NCBI RefSeq assembly: GCF_006345805.1
Contig: NC_043004.1
Location: 22,258,001 to 22,322,000, forward strand
DNA from: Octopus sinensis
Lineage: Eukaryota
Length of the DNA: 64,000 nucleotides
Direction: 5' to 3'
The notes beneath the pieces were generated by a model. It was given only the letters and a program-made list of their open reading frames with translations, searched no databases and was not told where the DNA came from. Position numbers and translations under genes: made by a program. Shown here one piece after another: positions 28,194 to 40,320 of this stretch; position 1 is the first letter of the stretch; every line of letters begins with the position of its first letter.

Positions 28194-28237
28194 TTTCAGT
28201 ACCGGTTTCGGTCATTTTGAGACCTTTTCAACTGTAA
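28194..28237 (-). ncRNA. Minimal type I hammerhead ribozyme with U3-A8 core variant
   Basis: Minus strand: ttacag UUGAAAA ggtc tcaaaat gacc GAAA ccgg UA^ ctgaaa. Stem II ggtc/gacc, palindromic ACCGGU helix III, GUA cleavage triplet, stem I 5 of 6 paired. Confidence 0.65.
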
Positions 28238-28582
28238 CGATTAAATAATTAAATTTAGAAAAATTAGAAGAAAAGTGTTTTAAAAGAATATTTCTATAGT
28301 AGTGTTCAGATTTAAGTGGCATTCTGCCTTTCTCTGACTCCCTTGTTTGCACTTGTGTGTTCGAGGTAGTTGTGAGCTCTTGGTAGGGTAGTAGAGAGAA
28401 GGCTGGTGAGGAAAGGGGGGTGGGAGAATCTGGGAGTGCCCTGATGGTCGTATTTTGAATGGTCAGTGGCGGCTGGCAGTCTCAGTTCAATTCAGGAGAA
28501 TATTTATATTGACAGGCTTCTTTATAGAATTAGCGTAGGTGTTATACTAAAAAACATTAGTGACAAACTTAAGGGGTAGGGG

Positions 28583-28830
28583 GTGGAGAAGAAGAAGAAG
28601 AAGAAGAAGAAGGAGAAGGAGAAGGAGAAGATGACGATGATGGTGATGGTGGTGATGATTATGACGACGATGATGATGATAACGATGATGATGAAGAAGA
28701 AGAAGAAGAAGAAGGAGGAGAAGGAGAAGATGGTGGTGATGATGGTGGCGATGATGATGATGCCGATGATGATGATAACGATGATGATGAAGAAGAAGAA
28801 GAAGAAGAGAAGAAGAAGAAAAAACAGAGA
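28583..28830. repeat. (GAA)n/(GAT)n trinucleotide array with an internal duplication of about 105 bp
   Basis: Directly visible; it produces the spurious poly-K/M ORF 28583-28843. Confidence 0.95.
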
Positions 28831-28947
28831 AGGGAGAATATGAATGTAAATATAGCTATGAAGGGGCTGATTAGTAATGGATTCTATTGAGTGTAGTATT
28901 TGTGTGTGTATATATATTTTTTTCTTTTATTCTAAAGTTGAGGTATA

Positions 28948-29193
28948 TTAATTGTTTGTCGTAGACCCGTTAAGAAGTGGCTTGTATTTTGTAATAAAGA
29001 GATTTTCTTTACTTATTCGTTGTCTCGAGGTTGTATCGTCCCTAAATTGGTAGAGGGGGAAAATTCTGAAGTTTGGTGTTTTTTTGTTGGCGCAAGTATC
29101 TATGTGTTGGCTAAAAGCTATTTTTCTGTTTTGGGGAATTTTTATCTGGGATCTGTGCAGGGCCATTCGTTTACGCAAACCATTTTTTAGCAT
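28948..29193 (-). pseudogene. PLE GIY-YIG (Uri) endonuclease C-terminal fragment
   Basis: NGLRKRMALHRSQIKIPQNRKIAFSQHIDTCANKKTPNFRIFPLYQFRDDTTSRQRISKENLFITKYKPLLN matches the PLE pattern LRxRMxxHR...SxHI..C...KE..FI.K.KP.LN. Confidence 0.75.
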
Positions 29194-30140
29194 TTTCTAT
29201 TTTTTACTTGTTTTTTCATATATATATATATATATACATATATGTATATATTTGTATGCACATATACATATATATGTATATATATGTGTGTTTATATATA
29301 TATAGACACAGCTAGAAAAATAAGAAAAAATTGAACGAATGACAATTTTTGTATCACTAAATATGTTTCCACATATCGTCACACCCGTCGTACGTTCAAG
29401 AGAAGATATATTTAAGAATTACGTAATCCTCCATTGGTGTAAAATGTGCTTCTTCATGTGATTATTTTGAGAAAGCCCTTCTTTGGATGATACTGTCATA
29501 TCACTCTGTATAAGAACGAATATCCTAATCATTCTACAAAAATGGACACCCTATAGTGAATATCTACCACGCCGAACGAAAAGCTGCGCAGCATTTTTTC
29601 CAACTTTACATTTGACTTCAATACCGTCAGAGTCTATTTTGCCTTGCATCAATTTGGCATCAATAGAATAAATTCAAGTTGAAGGCTCTTTTCTTTTTGG
29701 CTAACATTTTTTTTTTCAAATTTTAAAATTAAGTGAAAGTTTCCAAATTTGTTATATTGCCGTAATTTTTCACGCGTAATCTGGTGTTGTAATTCATTTG
29801 TTCCAGAATATTTTTAGAAAAATATTACATAGATTTTAATATTTAAGTATTTCCACCCAACCAGAAAAGAAGATTTGGAAGCTGGTATTTTGCGCACTAT
29901 GAGAAGATTTTAACGACAAAACATTAAACGACTGAAGTTTTAATAAACTTTAATTAATTAATTTTTCTATTTATTCTTGCGAGGAATGTGAACAATAGAA
30001 AAATTAAAAATCCTCAATGAATGTTTTATGAGAAAATATTCCAAAAAACAAACAACAAAAGAAAAAGCTGAACATTAAATTACGAACAAAATGAAAACTG
30101 TAGTTTGGTTGATGTAACTTTATATGTACTTTGCAACGAA

Positions 30141-30646
30141 AGGAAATTTTCAATGCAGTCTATGAGTTTGTCAAACAAACTACAATTTTCGTACCTCCTG
30201 CACCATATAAATTCGCAGCGATACGAGTTAACCACAGAACGTAGTGTTCCACTGTGTCGTTTATTATGTCGTTTTACAGAGGTTAATGTGTTTTGCACCT
30301 CTTGCGTGTGGGTTCCATCTTTTGAGTTAATAAACCCAGCACTATTGTTCACTCTGCTATATCGAAAATTATAACCATCATGTTCAGGAATGCGAAAGCA
30401 GGCCCTCCACAAACCATCGAAAACTGCGGTTCCTGGAAGAATAGATTGACGTTTACATCCCTCCAGGTTATCGCGATTTCGATAGGAGGCCGCATAAAGT
30501 AAAACATGCCTGGTCTTGTGACAAACAACTCCGAAATTTCACTGCTCATGTATCCCTCTTTCTCGGTTGTGTTTACGTCTTGACAAGACTATTTCATCTA
30601 TTTCTACCGTCTTGCCATTACCGCCAATCTGAACTCTGTACTGCCA
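30141..30646 (-). pseudogene. Merlin (IS1016/IS1595-like) DDE transposase remnant
   Basis: QIGGNGKTVEIDEIVLSRRKHNRERGIHEQ*NFG...PGTAVFDGLWRAC...VNNSAGFINSKDGTHTQEV...NSYRCEFIWCRR carries the Merlin motifs IGG.GK.VEIDE, VNHS..F...GxHTQ and SYLxEF.WR. One stop codon; the 5' side is cut by a SINE. Confidence 0.85.
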
Positions 30647-30651
30647 ACTGC

Positions 30652-30915
30652 GAAATTTAAACGTAGCGGAAGACGAACTACCTATTTCTTTACTACCCAC
30701 AAGGGGCTAAACACAGAGAGGACAAACAAGGATAGACAAACGGATTAAGTCGATTATATCGACCCCAGTGCGTAACTGGTACTTAATTTATCGACCCCGA
30801 AAGGATAAATGGCAAAGTCGCCCTCGGCGGAATTTGAACTCAGAACGTAGTGGCAGACGAAATACTGTTAGGCATTTCGCCCTGCGTGCTAGCGTTTCTG
30901 CCAGCTCGCCGCCTT
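30652..30915 (-). mobile_element. SINE family B, one unit plus the start of a second
   Basis: Full head and unit; after gtagtaaagaaatag a second unit begins (gtagttcgtcttccgctacgtt) and stops at the Merlin sequence. Confidence 0.9.
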
Positions 30916-32495
30916 ATTCAGTTTTTAAATGTTAAGATATGGCAAATATGACTACGTTAATACACCAAATTTGGAACTAAAAGATTTCAACTAAATTAAA
31001 GGAATTAAAAATGTGAGCTAAACAGAAAAGATCCCATTTGAGCACTGGAGTCGATGTAATTAATTGTCTTACCCTCGCAACCTGATGCTGCTGTTCTCTT
31101 TATACCAAAATTTAAAGCCAAATATTTCCAAGAAATTTGTTCATAGTTTTATAAGTTTTGTTTTTTTGCTATAGTTTTTAAAATATTTATTTATTATTTG
31201 TTAGACTACTTCATCGATAGATCGACATAAATCCAACCAATTCTCTGCCTCTAAGTTCAAATCCCGAAGAAGCCAATTTCTTGCTATCATCCTCTGCACT
31301 TCGAGAAAATAAGATATCATCACAAGCTAGAAAGTTGTTGTACCTGATAAAACCACGGACGATAAGCGTTATGTATTTCGTTTCTTTTTTTTTTTTGTCA
31401 TCTAAATGCAAATCTTGTTATAGTCTACATGAGCTGTAAACTTAACCCGTTCAAACACCACAACCTGACCCGTTGGGTGCCAGCTGGTTGTGTTATGGGC
31501 AATGCCTTCCTTCCTTCACTAAAATACAATAAAATAAATTAGATGGAAATCATTTTGATCTGAAGTGTGTATATGATTATTGGACAGTCGGATCGACGGA
31601 CACAAGCACGGTTCGTATAATATCGTAAGTATATACATAGATATATGCGCGATGGAGTGTGCGCCCGAATTTGTATTTCAGTGAACACGTGTAGCTATGA
31701 GTACATGTAAGCAGAATATTAGAAATGCATGTATGCATGCACACAATATTGCTTTGCGTGTGTGCGTGTGTGTATGTTTGTGAATGTGTATGTGTGTGTG
31801 TAGCATGCATTTATACATTTACATGGCTTCATATGCGTATTTAATTAATCATATTTATAACGCACGCACACGTTACAATGGATGAAATAATCTAATACAA
31901 AATCAAAGAAACAGTGTTACTTCCTAAAATAGTGATATTTTCAATAATGAATTTTCTGCATTTGTTCAACGTCTTATTGTCTATTGCTTTTGTTTTACAT
32001 ATTTCCATTGTCCAACTTTTTGAATCTCTTATAAAATTATCTCGTTCTTCATTTTCATTATTGTTTTAGTTTTCCTTGAATATTGAAACAAACTTTATAT
32101 TAAATTGTTAAAAATTAATTAATACAAATTTCTATCTTTTGTTTCAAATTAGAAAGTACGCTTCAGGTGTAAATCTGTAAAGTAGGGAAAGTTGTATTGG
32201 TGCTGCGGTTTCTAGCAAAATCTAGTGAAATCACCAGCAACAACAGCAGCAGTATCAGCAGTGGTAGTATTAGTAGTAGTAGTAGTAGTTACTTTTATCT
32301 TGCCATATTGTTGAATATTTCCCTGACAAATTGTTTTTGTGGTGTGGATTAAATATTGTATTATTCTCTTATCACACTTCATATTCAAAATTTGCCTGCA
32401 GTCAATTATTTCCTATCTTTACACCGTAAGGGAATACACACTACAAATTTACATGTCTCTATTTATACCAATTATATCGAGGTTTCGCTCCAAAG

Positions 32496-32716
32496 TACGA
32501 GGGGATGCTGAAAAGTTTTTGGCTTTAAGAGTATCACGAAAAGCCTGGATGGAGGCTCAAATTTGCGAGCTTTTCTACGGAGTTTAAAAAAACTGAAGGA
32601 TCGCTGCAATAAGAGTGTGAATCTGAGAGGAGAATATGTTTAATAAAATCATAATTAACTGATCCTCCTGTATTGTCTTTTACACAAAGCAAAGAACCTT
32701 TCAACATAACCTCGCA
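32496..32716 (+). mobile_element. Non-autonomous mariner deletion derivative (about 220 bp)
   Basis: Imperfect TIRs tacgaggggatgctgaaaagtttttggc and gcaaagaacctttcaacataacctcgca; the interior encodes a mariner C-terminus, KLKDRCNKSVNLRGEYV*. Confidence 0.75.
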
Positions 32717-34027
32717 AAACATTAAATATACTGTAATGTTACTCTGTTTCTTTGACAACACTGTATGCGGTTTTAAACAAATGCTTACTAATGCTCCCCA
32801 CACTACTTCAACAAACACACGGAAATGTATCATTCACTGATGGACATATAATTGTTTCTAACATAGGTACAATGCGAGAATATTGTAGAACGTGTGAGTC
32901 GATGATATCGATCTCAATACTTAACTTCACCTTTATTATATCAACAAAGCTAATTGATGATTTCGGCAATACTGGAAATCGGAAAGTAAGGAATTTTGTT
33001 ATACGCCCTAACGATTCTGCCAATAATCATGAAACGCTGTTTTCTAGTGATACATAATTTTCGTATTTCTATTTTCCAGTATTAGCTGCAGGGAGTGAAC
33101 TTAGCTGGAATTCAAACCAGAACAGTTAGTTAATATATGAAATAATGTCTGATATTAGTTGTGACTCTAAAATATTTGCCAGTCTGTCTTCAATATAAAC
33201 ACATTGCAATGCGGCGAAAATTTTTCACTCCAAACACACCCAAAGAAGTGCCAGACCCAGGATTTCATGGTAACCATCAAACCCACGCAACGTCACTCAC
33301 AGAATGACGGTGGTTCATCACAGTATCATGGTGGCTCTCGTTATCAACAAACTGAGACCAACAATGAACACATTGAAAAAATGTGTTTCGTATTTACACG
33401 ATGTTGCACGCACGGTAGTTTTTAAATTGCTTACGGATTATGGATGTAAAGTACAGCCATATTAGCCAGATGTAAGGGTTATACACCGGGAATGTAGAAA
33501 CCAAAGTTGCTTATAATATATTCCAGCGATTCCTCTTGAGAGGAAACTCTCACGACTAAATGAAAAGCGAACATAACGGAATTAATGCGTTTAGATGGCT
33601 AAAATGGCTCTTTCACGAGATAATTGCAAACTTCATGCATTTTGTCAGAAGAATAAATATGAGATTTACACTCTTACATTCCTCAGGGTATATATTGTTC
33701 CCGCAGAGTATTTTCTATTCATTATTGAAAATATCTCGATTGCAAATAAATGATCAAAGTATGTGTCGCTATAATAACAGTGCATATTTCTGCGAGTAGT
33801 AGGCAGTAGTTGTGGTGCCCACTCCCTTATCAAGACTATTTGATGGCAAGCACGTCGACCAAAAGTGATTTCTCTTTATGATTTCTGGCGATTCATAAGG
33901 GATTACATGACCATTATTTCCATGTTCTTTGTAATCGCTAAGGTATAAAACCTTTGATATACAAGCAACACAGGGAATTATATTTGGATACACTGAAGTC
34001 AAAATGCACTGCATCACATTGAATTCA

Positions 34028-34118
34028 GCGTTTCTCGCCCGATCACCGAAGTTAAGAAACGTCGTGCCTAGTTAGTACTTAGATAGGTGATCGCTTAGCA
34101 AACCTAGGTGCTATAAGC
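34028..34118 (+). pseudogene. 5S rRNA-derived segment (5'-truncated) heading a SINE
   Basis: ttctcgcccgatcaccgaagttaagaaacgtcgtgcctagttagtacttagataggtgatcgcttagcaaacctaggtgctataagc aligns to 5S positions about 30-118. Confidence 0.85.
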
Positions 34119-34123
34119 ATCTT

Positions 34124-34370
34124 GCACGAGAAGGCTTAATGGTTAGAATGTTGGACTCATGATCGCAGGATTGTGGTTTCGATGCCTGAACTGAGTGACG
34201 CCTTGTGTTCTAGAACAAAACACTTTATTGTACGTTGTTCCAGTCTACGCAACTGCGAAAAATTAGTAATCCTGCGACGGACCGGTGTCTCGCCCAGGTG
34301 GGGAATATATACGCAGTGAAAATCGGGAAACCGGCCCTATGAGTCTGTATGACTCGGGAAGGAATTGCCT
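34124..34370 (+). mobile_element. tRNA-derived SINE, family C
   Basis: ggcttaatggttagaatgttggactcatgatcgcaggattgtggtttcgatgcc (A/B-box-like), then gccttgtgttctagaacaaaacactttattgtacgttgttccagtc core. Confidence 0.75.
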
Positions 34371-36129
34371 CCGAAATTATATCGTTTGGCTTTACCGCTG
34401 TAAGTAGCTATAGTAATATCCCAGAGAATTTGAGATTCTGAATTGAGTATCCTTAACTTCTTGAAATAGTAGCCAAATTAGCTTCAAGTTTACACACTGA
34501 TATCTCGAAAAAAGACAAATGGGTACACTATGTCAGAAACGGGCCAATCACTTTTGGTTAGAATGCCATTGATAAACCATTGACAAACAAATAGTAACAA
34601 TCTGTTGCTGACTGAAGACCACATATTACCATATGATACGTTTTGTCCTTGTTGCAAATTTGGCACTAAACCAAATATAAAGAATGGTTTGTAGCAGGCA
34701 TAATAGAAATTATTCTGTGAGGCTGTTGTGTATTTCAATGCGATGGAAGTATTTTAGTCTGTATTTTGGAAACTCCTAATATTCAGTTTCCTGAAATGAT
34801 GTCTAAGATCAAGATCTTGATAATGCATTAACTTTACTAACGGTAAAAGTAAATCTTTACTTTAATCTCTCCTGCTTCACTTACAATCTCGTCTTAAGCT
34901 CTTTGATGTAGTCCCATCCATGTTAACACGTTCGCCAACATTTATTCGTTGCTCAATCACTGCTATATTTGTTTATATTCTTACTCTACTGTTCTACTTA
35001 GATAACAATGTCTACAAATTCATAATCACACTTTCCAAGTCATCATATATATCCTTTTCATTTCATGTGAAATCAGATATTTAATTTTTTTCACACATGT
35101 ACCGATTCTTCACCATTTGTATAAAATAGATTTCATATTTCCTTCCTCAATTATAACACTTCAGTCTAAACTCATGATTTGTCACTGATCATTTTCTTTT
35201 GAAAGAAATTTTCTTTTTTATTCATCATAGATATCTAATTCTTCTGAACAGTTGATACGTCAACTATCTCATCAGTAATTAAAAGTGGAAATGTATTGAA
35301 ATCAATACAAAACAACTTAGAAGTGTGATCTTCTAGCCGTGCCTACTAGCATACGAAGTAAATTAAAATAACAGATTCTTAGATTAACCTTCTTTAAAAA
35401 AAATGTGGACCTAACGGGAAGCAATCATTTCCTGTGTAGAATCATTCTTTTGGAAAACGACGCCAGATGACGCCAGTTTACTTTACGTCCGCGTCTCCTT
35501 TTACAAAATTACTTAAGATATTTGCTTTCCATTTAATAATGTCTGAGCATATTCCATTTTTGTTTTCTCTTCGGCATTTATATACATTATTTGTTTATTT
35601 ATTTTTTGTCCAGTATATAAGCCTCGCTCATCCAGGTTTTCAGTTAAGTTAACATTTCATTTGCAGAGTAGTATAGTGCCTTTTTAGTGATTTCTATTCT
35701 ATCTGCATCTTTTAAGCGCTTTGTCTCCGTCATCTCCCGAGAATAAAAAAAAAAAGCAGTAAGAATTAATCAGGTTGCAGCAGCCGCTTATTTTGCTATA
35801 CATAATTATTTAATAACAGCAAAGTATTCATTTCAGCTTATCAAGGAATGTTTTCAGTCTTGCCATCATATTATCAAAAACACTTCCAAAATATTTTTAG
35901 GTTAAAAAGAAAAATATTACTAAGTATAACTGAAATTCTTTTTTTTTTTTTTTTGCGTTTCAAAATAACCTTAGAAAGATCAGTTGAAGTAAGCACTCAC
36001 TATCTGCTTTCCTTATTAGTCATTTGAGATAATCAAAATCAATCATAACAATATAAAATATTATATTTCGTAATATCAGAATTGATTTTCTTTTTCTTTT
36101 ACTAGTTGCTGTCGAGGTACAGTCATATC

Positions 36130-36375
36130 ATCATAGTCACAGCTACGTCCATTTATCTCAGTTGTGAACTCTCTAGATTTCGTATACCACACAAAACAAC
36201 TCTAAGCAGAGCTTTTCTCATAGTAATAATAGTGGCCCAAACTTTGAACATGTTTAAATCGATGAAGATTTCTTTGTACAAGGTTTCTTTTATAGTTTAT
36301 GATATTTCTCACCTTGTCTTTGCATGTAATACTCAAGATCTGTATTACGTACCTCATCATGAATTGCACGTACAC
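36130..36375 (-). pseudogene. Possible RTE-like LINE C-terminal remnant
   Basis: QILSITCKDKVRN...SLGH and, after a frameshift, LLRVVLCG...QLR*MDV loosely match ILGIxWxDKVRN...GH...LRWxD of RTE-type ORFs. Confidence 0.3.
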
Positions 36376-36952
36376 TTATGTCCTACCTATGTGTGCTATA
36401 TCGTGAGATAATAGGATTAATACTCTTAGTTTATTTTACTCTTAGCTTAAACTGAAACCTGCTTGATAACTCGCAGTCTTTCTTTCAATCCTCCGAGTTG
36501 TCTCATTTCGTCTGCTTTCCGCTCTCTCAACCCCTGTCTTCTTCTCCCACCGCACCCCCCTCAACCTTCCAGAATATTGATCTGGTGTTTTTCATCTTGT
36601 GATCTGAATTATCATACTATTAATGATTGTATCGACTAAATTTAAAGAAAAAATACGAATCTTAAATTAAACAACTTCAAGGAAGTATTAAACTAGCCAC
36701 TGATGTGGAAAATCATATTATATTATTAGAATTTTCTGAAGTACATACACACGAATGAACAAAAACAAAATATTCTTGCTGATATAGCTATAAACAACCG
36801 TAAAACACGGCATAAATATTACAGACACGTAGGTACCTATCAGTACCTAAAAGTCAGGAATCTCATTCACAGTTATTCTTCACTGTGAACAACCTCAGCT
36901 ATAAATTTTCAGTTCTTTCGTGTTAATATAGACCACAGTTGACCTTTTCCAG

Positions 36953-36985
36953 AAGCAGGCTGCGTAAGACATACTTCATCATTAG
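36953..36985 (+). other. Candidate 33-nt internal exon
   Basis: Acceptor gttgaccttttccag| and donor ag|gtaagt; length is a multiple of three with two open frames. No homology recognised. Confidence 0.2.
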
Positions 36986-37499
36986 GTAAGTCGCACTGCT
37001 AAAAACATTTCTTGGCAAATTTTCATTGGCATGCCATTCAGAAAGTCCCACGGGCGCAATCACCCTTCATCTGTATTGATGAAACGTCATGTATAACGCA
37101 ATTGAATCTCATATCCCCACTATCATCACTGAACACTTTGCAAGAAAGATTCTAAGATGTTTTTTTTGACCTACTAGAAATAGCAACGGAATCTCCCACA
37201 ATCTATTGTATCACTTTGGTGGGATTTTAGGGGAAATATTTCTTTATCATTTCAGGCATTAACTTCACAAAAATATTTATGTTATTAATTATACATAGCT
37301 AATGCTGAACACTTGCGAATATGGCTACATGTCTCCATCAAAACAATCACTTGTTCTCTAACTTTCTTATAAAGACTGTCGTATGATGCCAATACGCACA
37401 GAACATTATGTTTTGCTTGACATTTAAAACTTTCGTCAATGTAGACGTACATGAACATATACATACACATGCGCGCTCATGCCTACATGCACACAAACA

Positions 37500-37533
<34 letters not shown>

Positions 37534-37535
37534 TA

Positions 37536-37709
37536 AGCGCAGGCGTGGATGTTTGGTAAGGAGCTTGCTTCCCAAGCTCATGGTTCTGGCTTCAATTCCA
37601 TAGCGTGGCACGTTGGATATGTGCCTTCTACTATAGCCTCGGGCCGACCGAAGTATTGTGAGAGAATTTGGTTGACGGAAACTAAAAGAAACTTGTCGTG
37701 TATATATAT

Positions 37710-37752
<43 letters not shown>

Positions 37753-37980
37753 TGTGTGTGTGTGTGTGTGTATACGTCTCTCTTTGTGTCTGTCGCCTAT
37801 CACCGCATGACAACCTGTCTTGCTGTGTTTACGTTCCGGTAATCTAGCCGTTCAGCAAAAGTGATCGATAGAATAAGTCGCAGGTTTAATAAATGTCCTG
37901 GGGTTGATTTGTTCGACTAAAATTTGTTTCGGGCGATGTAAAACTAATTCGATGCATGGCTGTAGTCAACTGACTAAAAG
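37536..37980 (+). mobile_element. SINE family A (diverged, full length)
   Basis: agcgcaggcgtggatgtttggtaaggagcttgc head, internal (TG)n, 3' body. Confidence 0.85.
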
Positions 37981-38111
37981 ATATAACAGATAAAAGATAA
38001 TATATGTATAAATGCATATAATAGAAACAGAGAGAGTGTACATATATGTATATATATATATAAAGAGAGAGTGAGAGAGATAGAGAGGGAGGGAGAGAAA
38101 GAGAGAGAGAG

Positions 38112-38164
<53 letters not shown>

Positions 38165-39945
38165 ATAAAGTGTGAGAGAGAGAGAGAAAGTTCCGTTTAT
38201 GACATTTACCCAAAGTATATGCTTATGTGCATAGAGGACAAATATCCGTCAATTGTAAATAATGTAAATACTGTAGGAATCCATTGTTGTGAAGGTAACT
38301 TAAACATGTAACTATTTAATGAATTTATAACCCGAACCTGTTACCATGATTAAATTTCCTAAATACTAAATATTGATTTCATATATCCGATAATCTTGGA
38401 AGTGGAATCTCGCGTTTGTGCTCTTACCACCTGTTTTGCAATTAAAGCTGATTAACGAACCTTTATACTTTAATCGGATATTGGTTCTGGGTTCAACAAT
38501 GTGAGGTAGGGATCGGTATTAATCTAACATCTACCAAATATTTGTATAACATATACATAGAGGAGTGGAAAGTGAAAATGGAAATTACATACTAGTCAAG
38601 CTTTCATTATGGAAAAATTGCACCATGCACTTTAATATTTAGAAATTAGTAGTATATTCATTTCATTATAGGCATATCAAAATTCAAAAGCATGAAAATA
38701 ATTAGTGATTGAATTCAAAATTACATCGTTTCGGTACGATCTTTGGTTATGATAAATATCCGGGACGTGGGTACCATGCAGACCTATATTTACTAGTGCT
38801 GTGTGGCAGTGTAATTTACAACTATATTCAAATTCCGGGATTTGATTATAATTCACGGTTTGGGTAAGGTTGGGCAATGTTTCGGAAATAGCACTTCGCT
38901 CAAGGCATTGAAAATATACGAAAATCATTCCATTACATCTGAATTCATCAGAGTCATTGACTATGCAAGTCATTCTTGTGTAGTCATGTATTTCACTTCC
39001 CAACAGCTCCGTTTCGCGTTCAGTTTCCCCGCATGATTTGGACATGTTTTTCTGTTATAGCTGCAAATCGATAAAAGCTATGTGAAGGGAATTTCGAAGT
39101 ACTGAAGTAAAGAACTGTTAAGAAACTTGATGGAGAAACTACATCACTTTTTCGTATTTTGGAGGTAATCTATCTTCCAGTTAGGCGTCAGAACCTTCCG
39201 GATTGCCTCTTGTAACAGTGTGCATTGCGTTGTAATCATTCAAACATATGTCCGATTTAAGGATCCCAGAGACAGATCACAAATACTACCTTTTTCCCTC
39301 ATCTGACCTATTAATTTATTTGTTTGTATTCATCATAGTCTGACAACGAGCTGTAGGACAAGATAAAAAGAGAATCTACCACGCATGATCCGGTTTTATA
39401 GAATAAACAGAGGAAAGGTGTTGACACAGCTGGAACAAATTCATTTGATTTGTCCTAAACCACTTCACCATAAACTTGCAAATGTCAACAACATTTCTCT
39501 CAGAATCTTAAGTGGAGCGTGAAGTCCACTCCGAAATGATTCGCATGTAATTAATTTCCTGTAACAACACTCTACTTAAATGGGTTACATTTTATATTTA
39601 TCCGCAGCTAAGAAGTGATTTTACGTAGCTTCTGCTTTTATCAATAGCATTGAAGAATAAACGGGAGTGGAATTTATAATAATTCCTAAGTACTTGCTGA
39701 ATATACGTTTACTCATAATGTGCAACGTTACAAATGTGTAGTGACTGAATTTAGCCGATTGAAATCATTAGTATATAACACAAAGTTATATACTTTATAA
39801 CTCTTGATTGCTGGAGAAATATTGACAGACTCTGGATTTGAATTCATGAATTTAAAGGAAAGATTAATTCACCAGTTTCAGTCGTTTGAGGTTTTAGAAC
39901 AGGAGCAAATTAATTTACCTAGTAATACATTCTTGATTATGACCC

Positions 39946-40320
39946 CAAGGCGGTGAGCTGGCAGAAGCGTTAGCACACTGGACGAAATGCTTAGCGGTAT
40001 TTCGTCTGCCGCTTCGTTCTGAGTTCAAATTTCCGCCGAGGACGACTTTGCCTTTCATCCTTCCGGGGTCGATTAAAAAAGTACCAGTTACGCACTGGGG
40101 TCTATATAATCGACTTAATCCGTTTGTCTGCCCTTGTTTCTCTTCTCTGTGAAATAGGTATTTCGTCTGTCTTTACATTGTGAGTTCAAATTCCGCCGAG
40201 GTCTACTTTGCCTTGCATCCTTTCCGGTCGATAAAGCGAGTGCCATTTGAGTACTGGGGTCAATCTAATCGACTGGCCCCTCCCACCAAAATTTTGGGCC
40301 TTGTGCCTAGAGTAGAAAAG
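39946..40320 (+). mobile_element. SINE family B, two-unit copy with 22-bp target-site duplication
   Basis: aatacattcttgattatgaccc (39924-39945) vs aatatattcttgattatggccc (40321-40342); the second unit has the alternative tail. Confidence 0.9.

Larger units (their letters stand above)
28136..29225 (-). mobile_element. 5'-truncated Penelope-like element (GIY-YIG C-terminus, 3' tail, hammerhead) with 41-bp inverted termini, flanked by (TA)n
   Basis: Endonuclease ORF at 28948-29193, a second KEACQYKYSPELN* end near 28484, a hammerhead at 28194-28237, and 28136-28176 is the exact reverse complement of 29185-29225. Confidence 0.7.

Noticed and set aside
35240-35290. Minus-strand CUGAUGA followed by a 9-bp hairpin
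   Set aside because: There is no GAAA in register, no NUH site and no stem I; likely a chance match.
38677-39045. 122-aa minus-strand ORF in unique sequence
   Set aside because: No recognisable domain and no convincing splice sites; an ORF of this length can arise by chance. A BLASTP would settle it.
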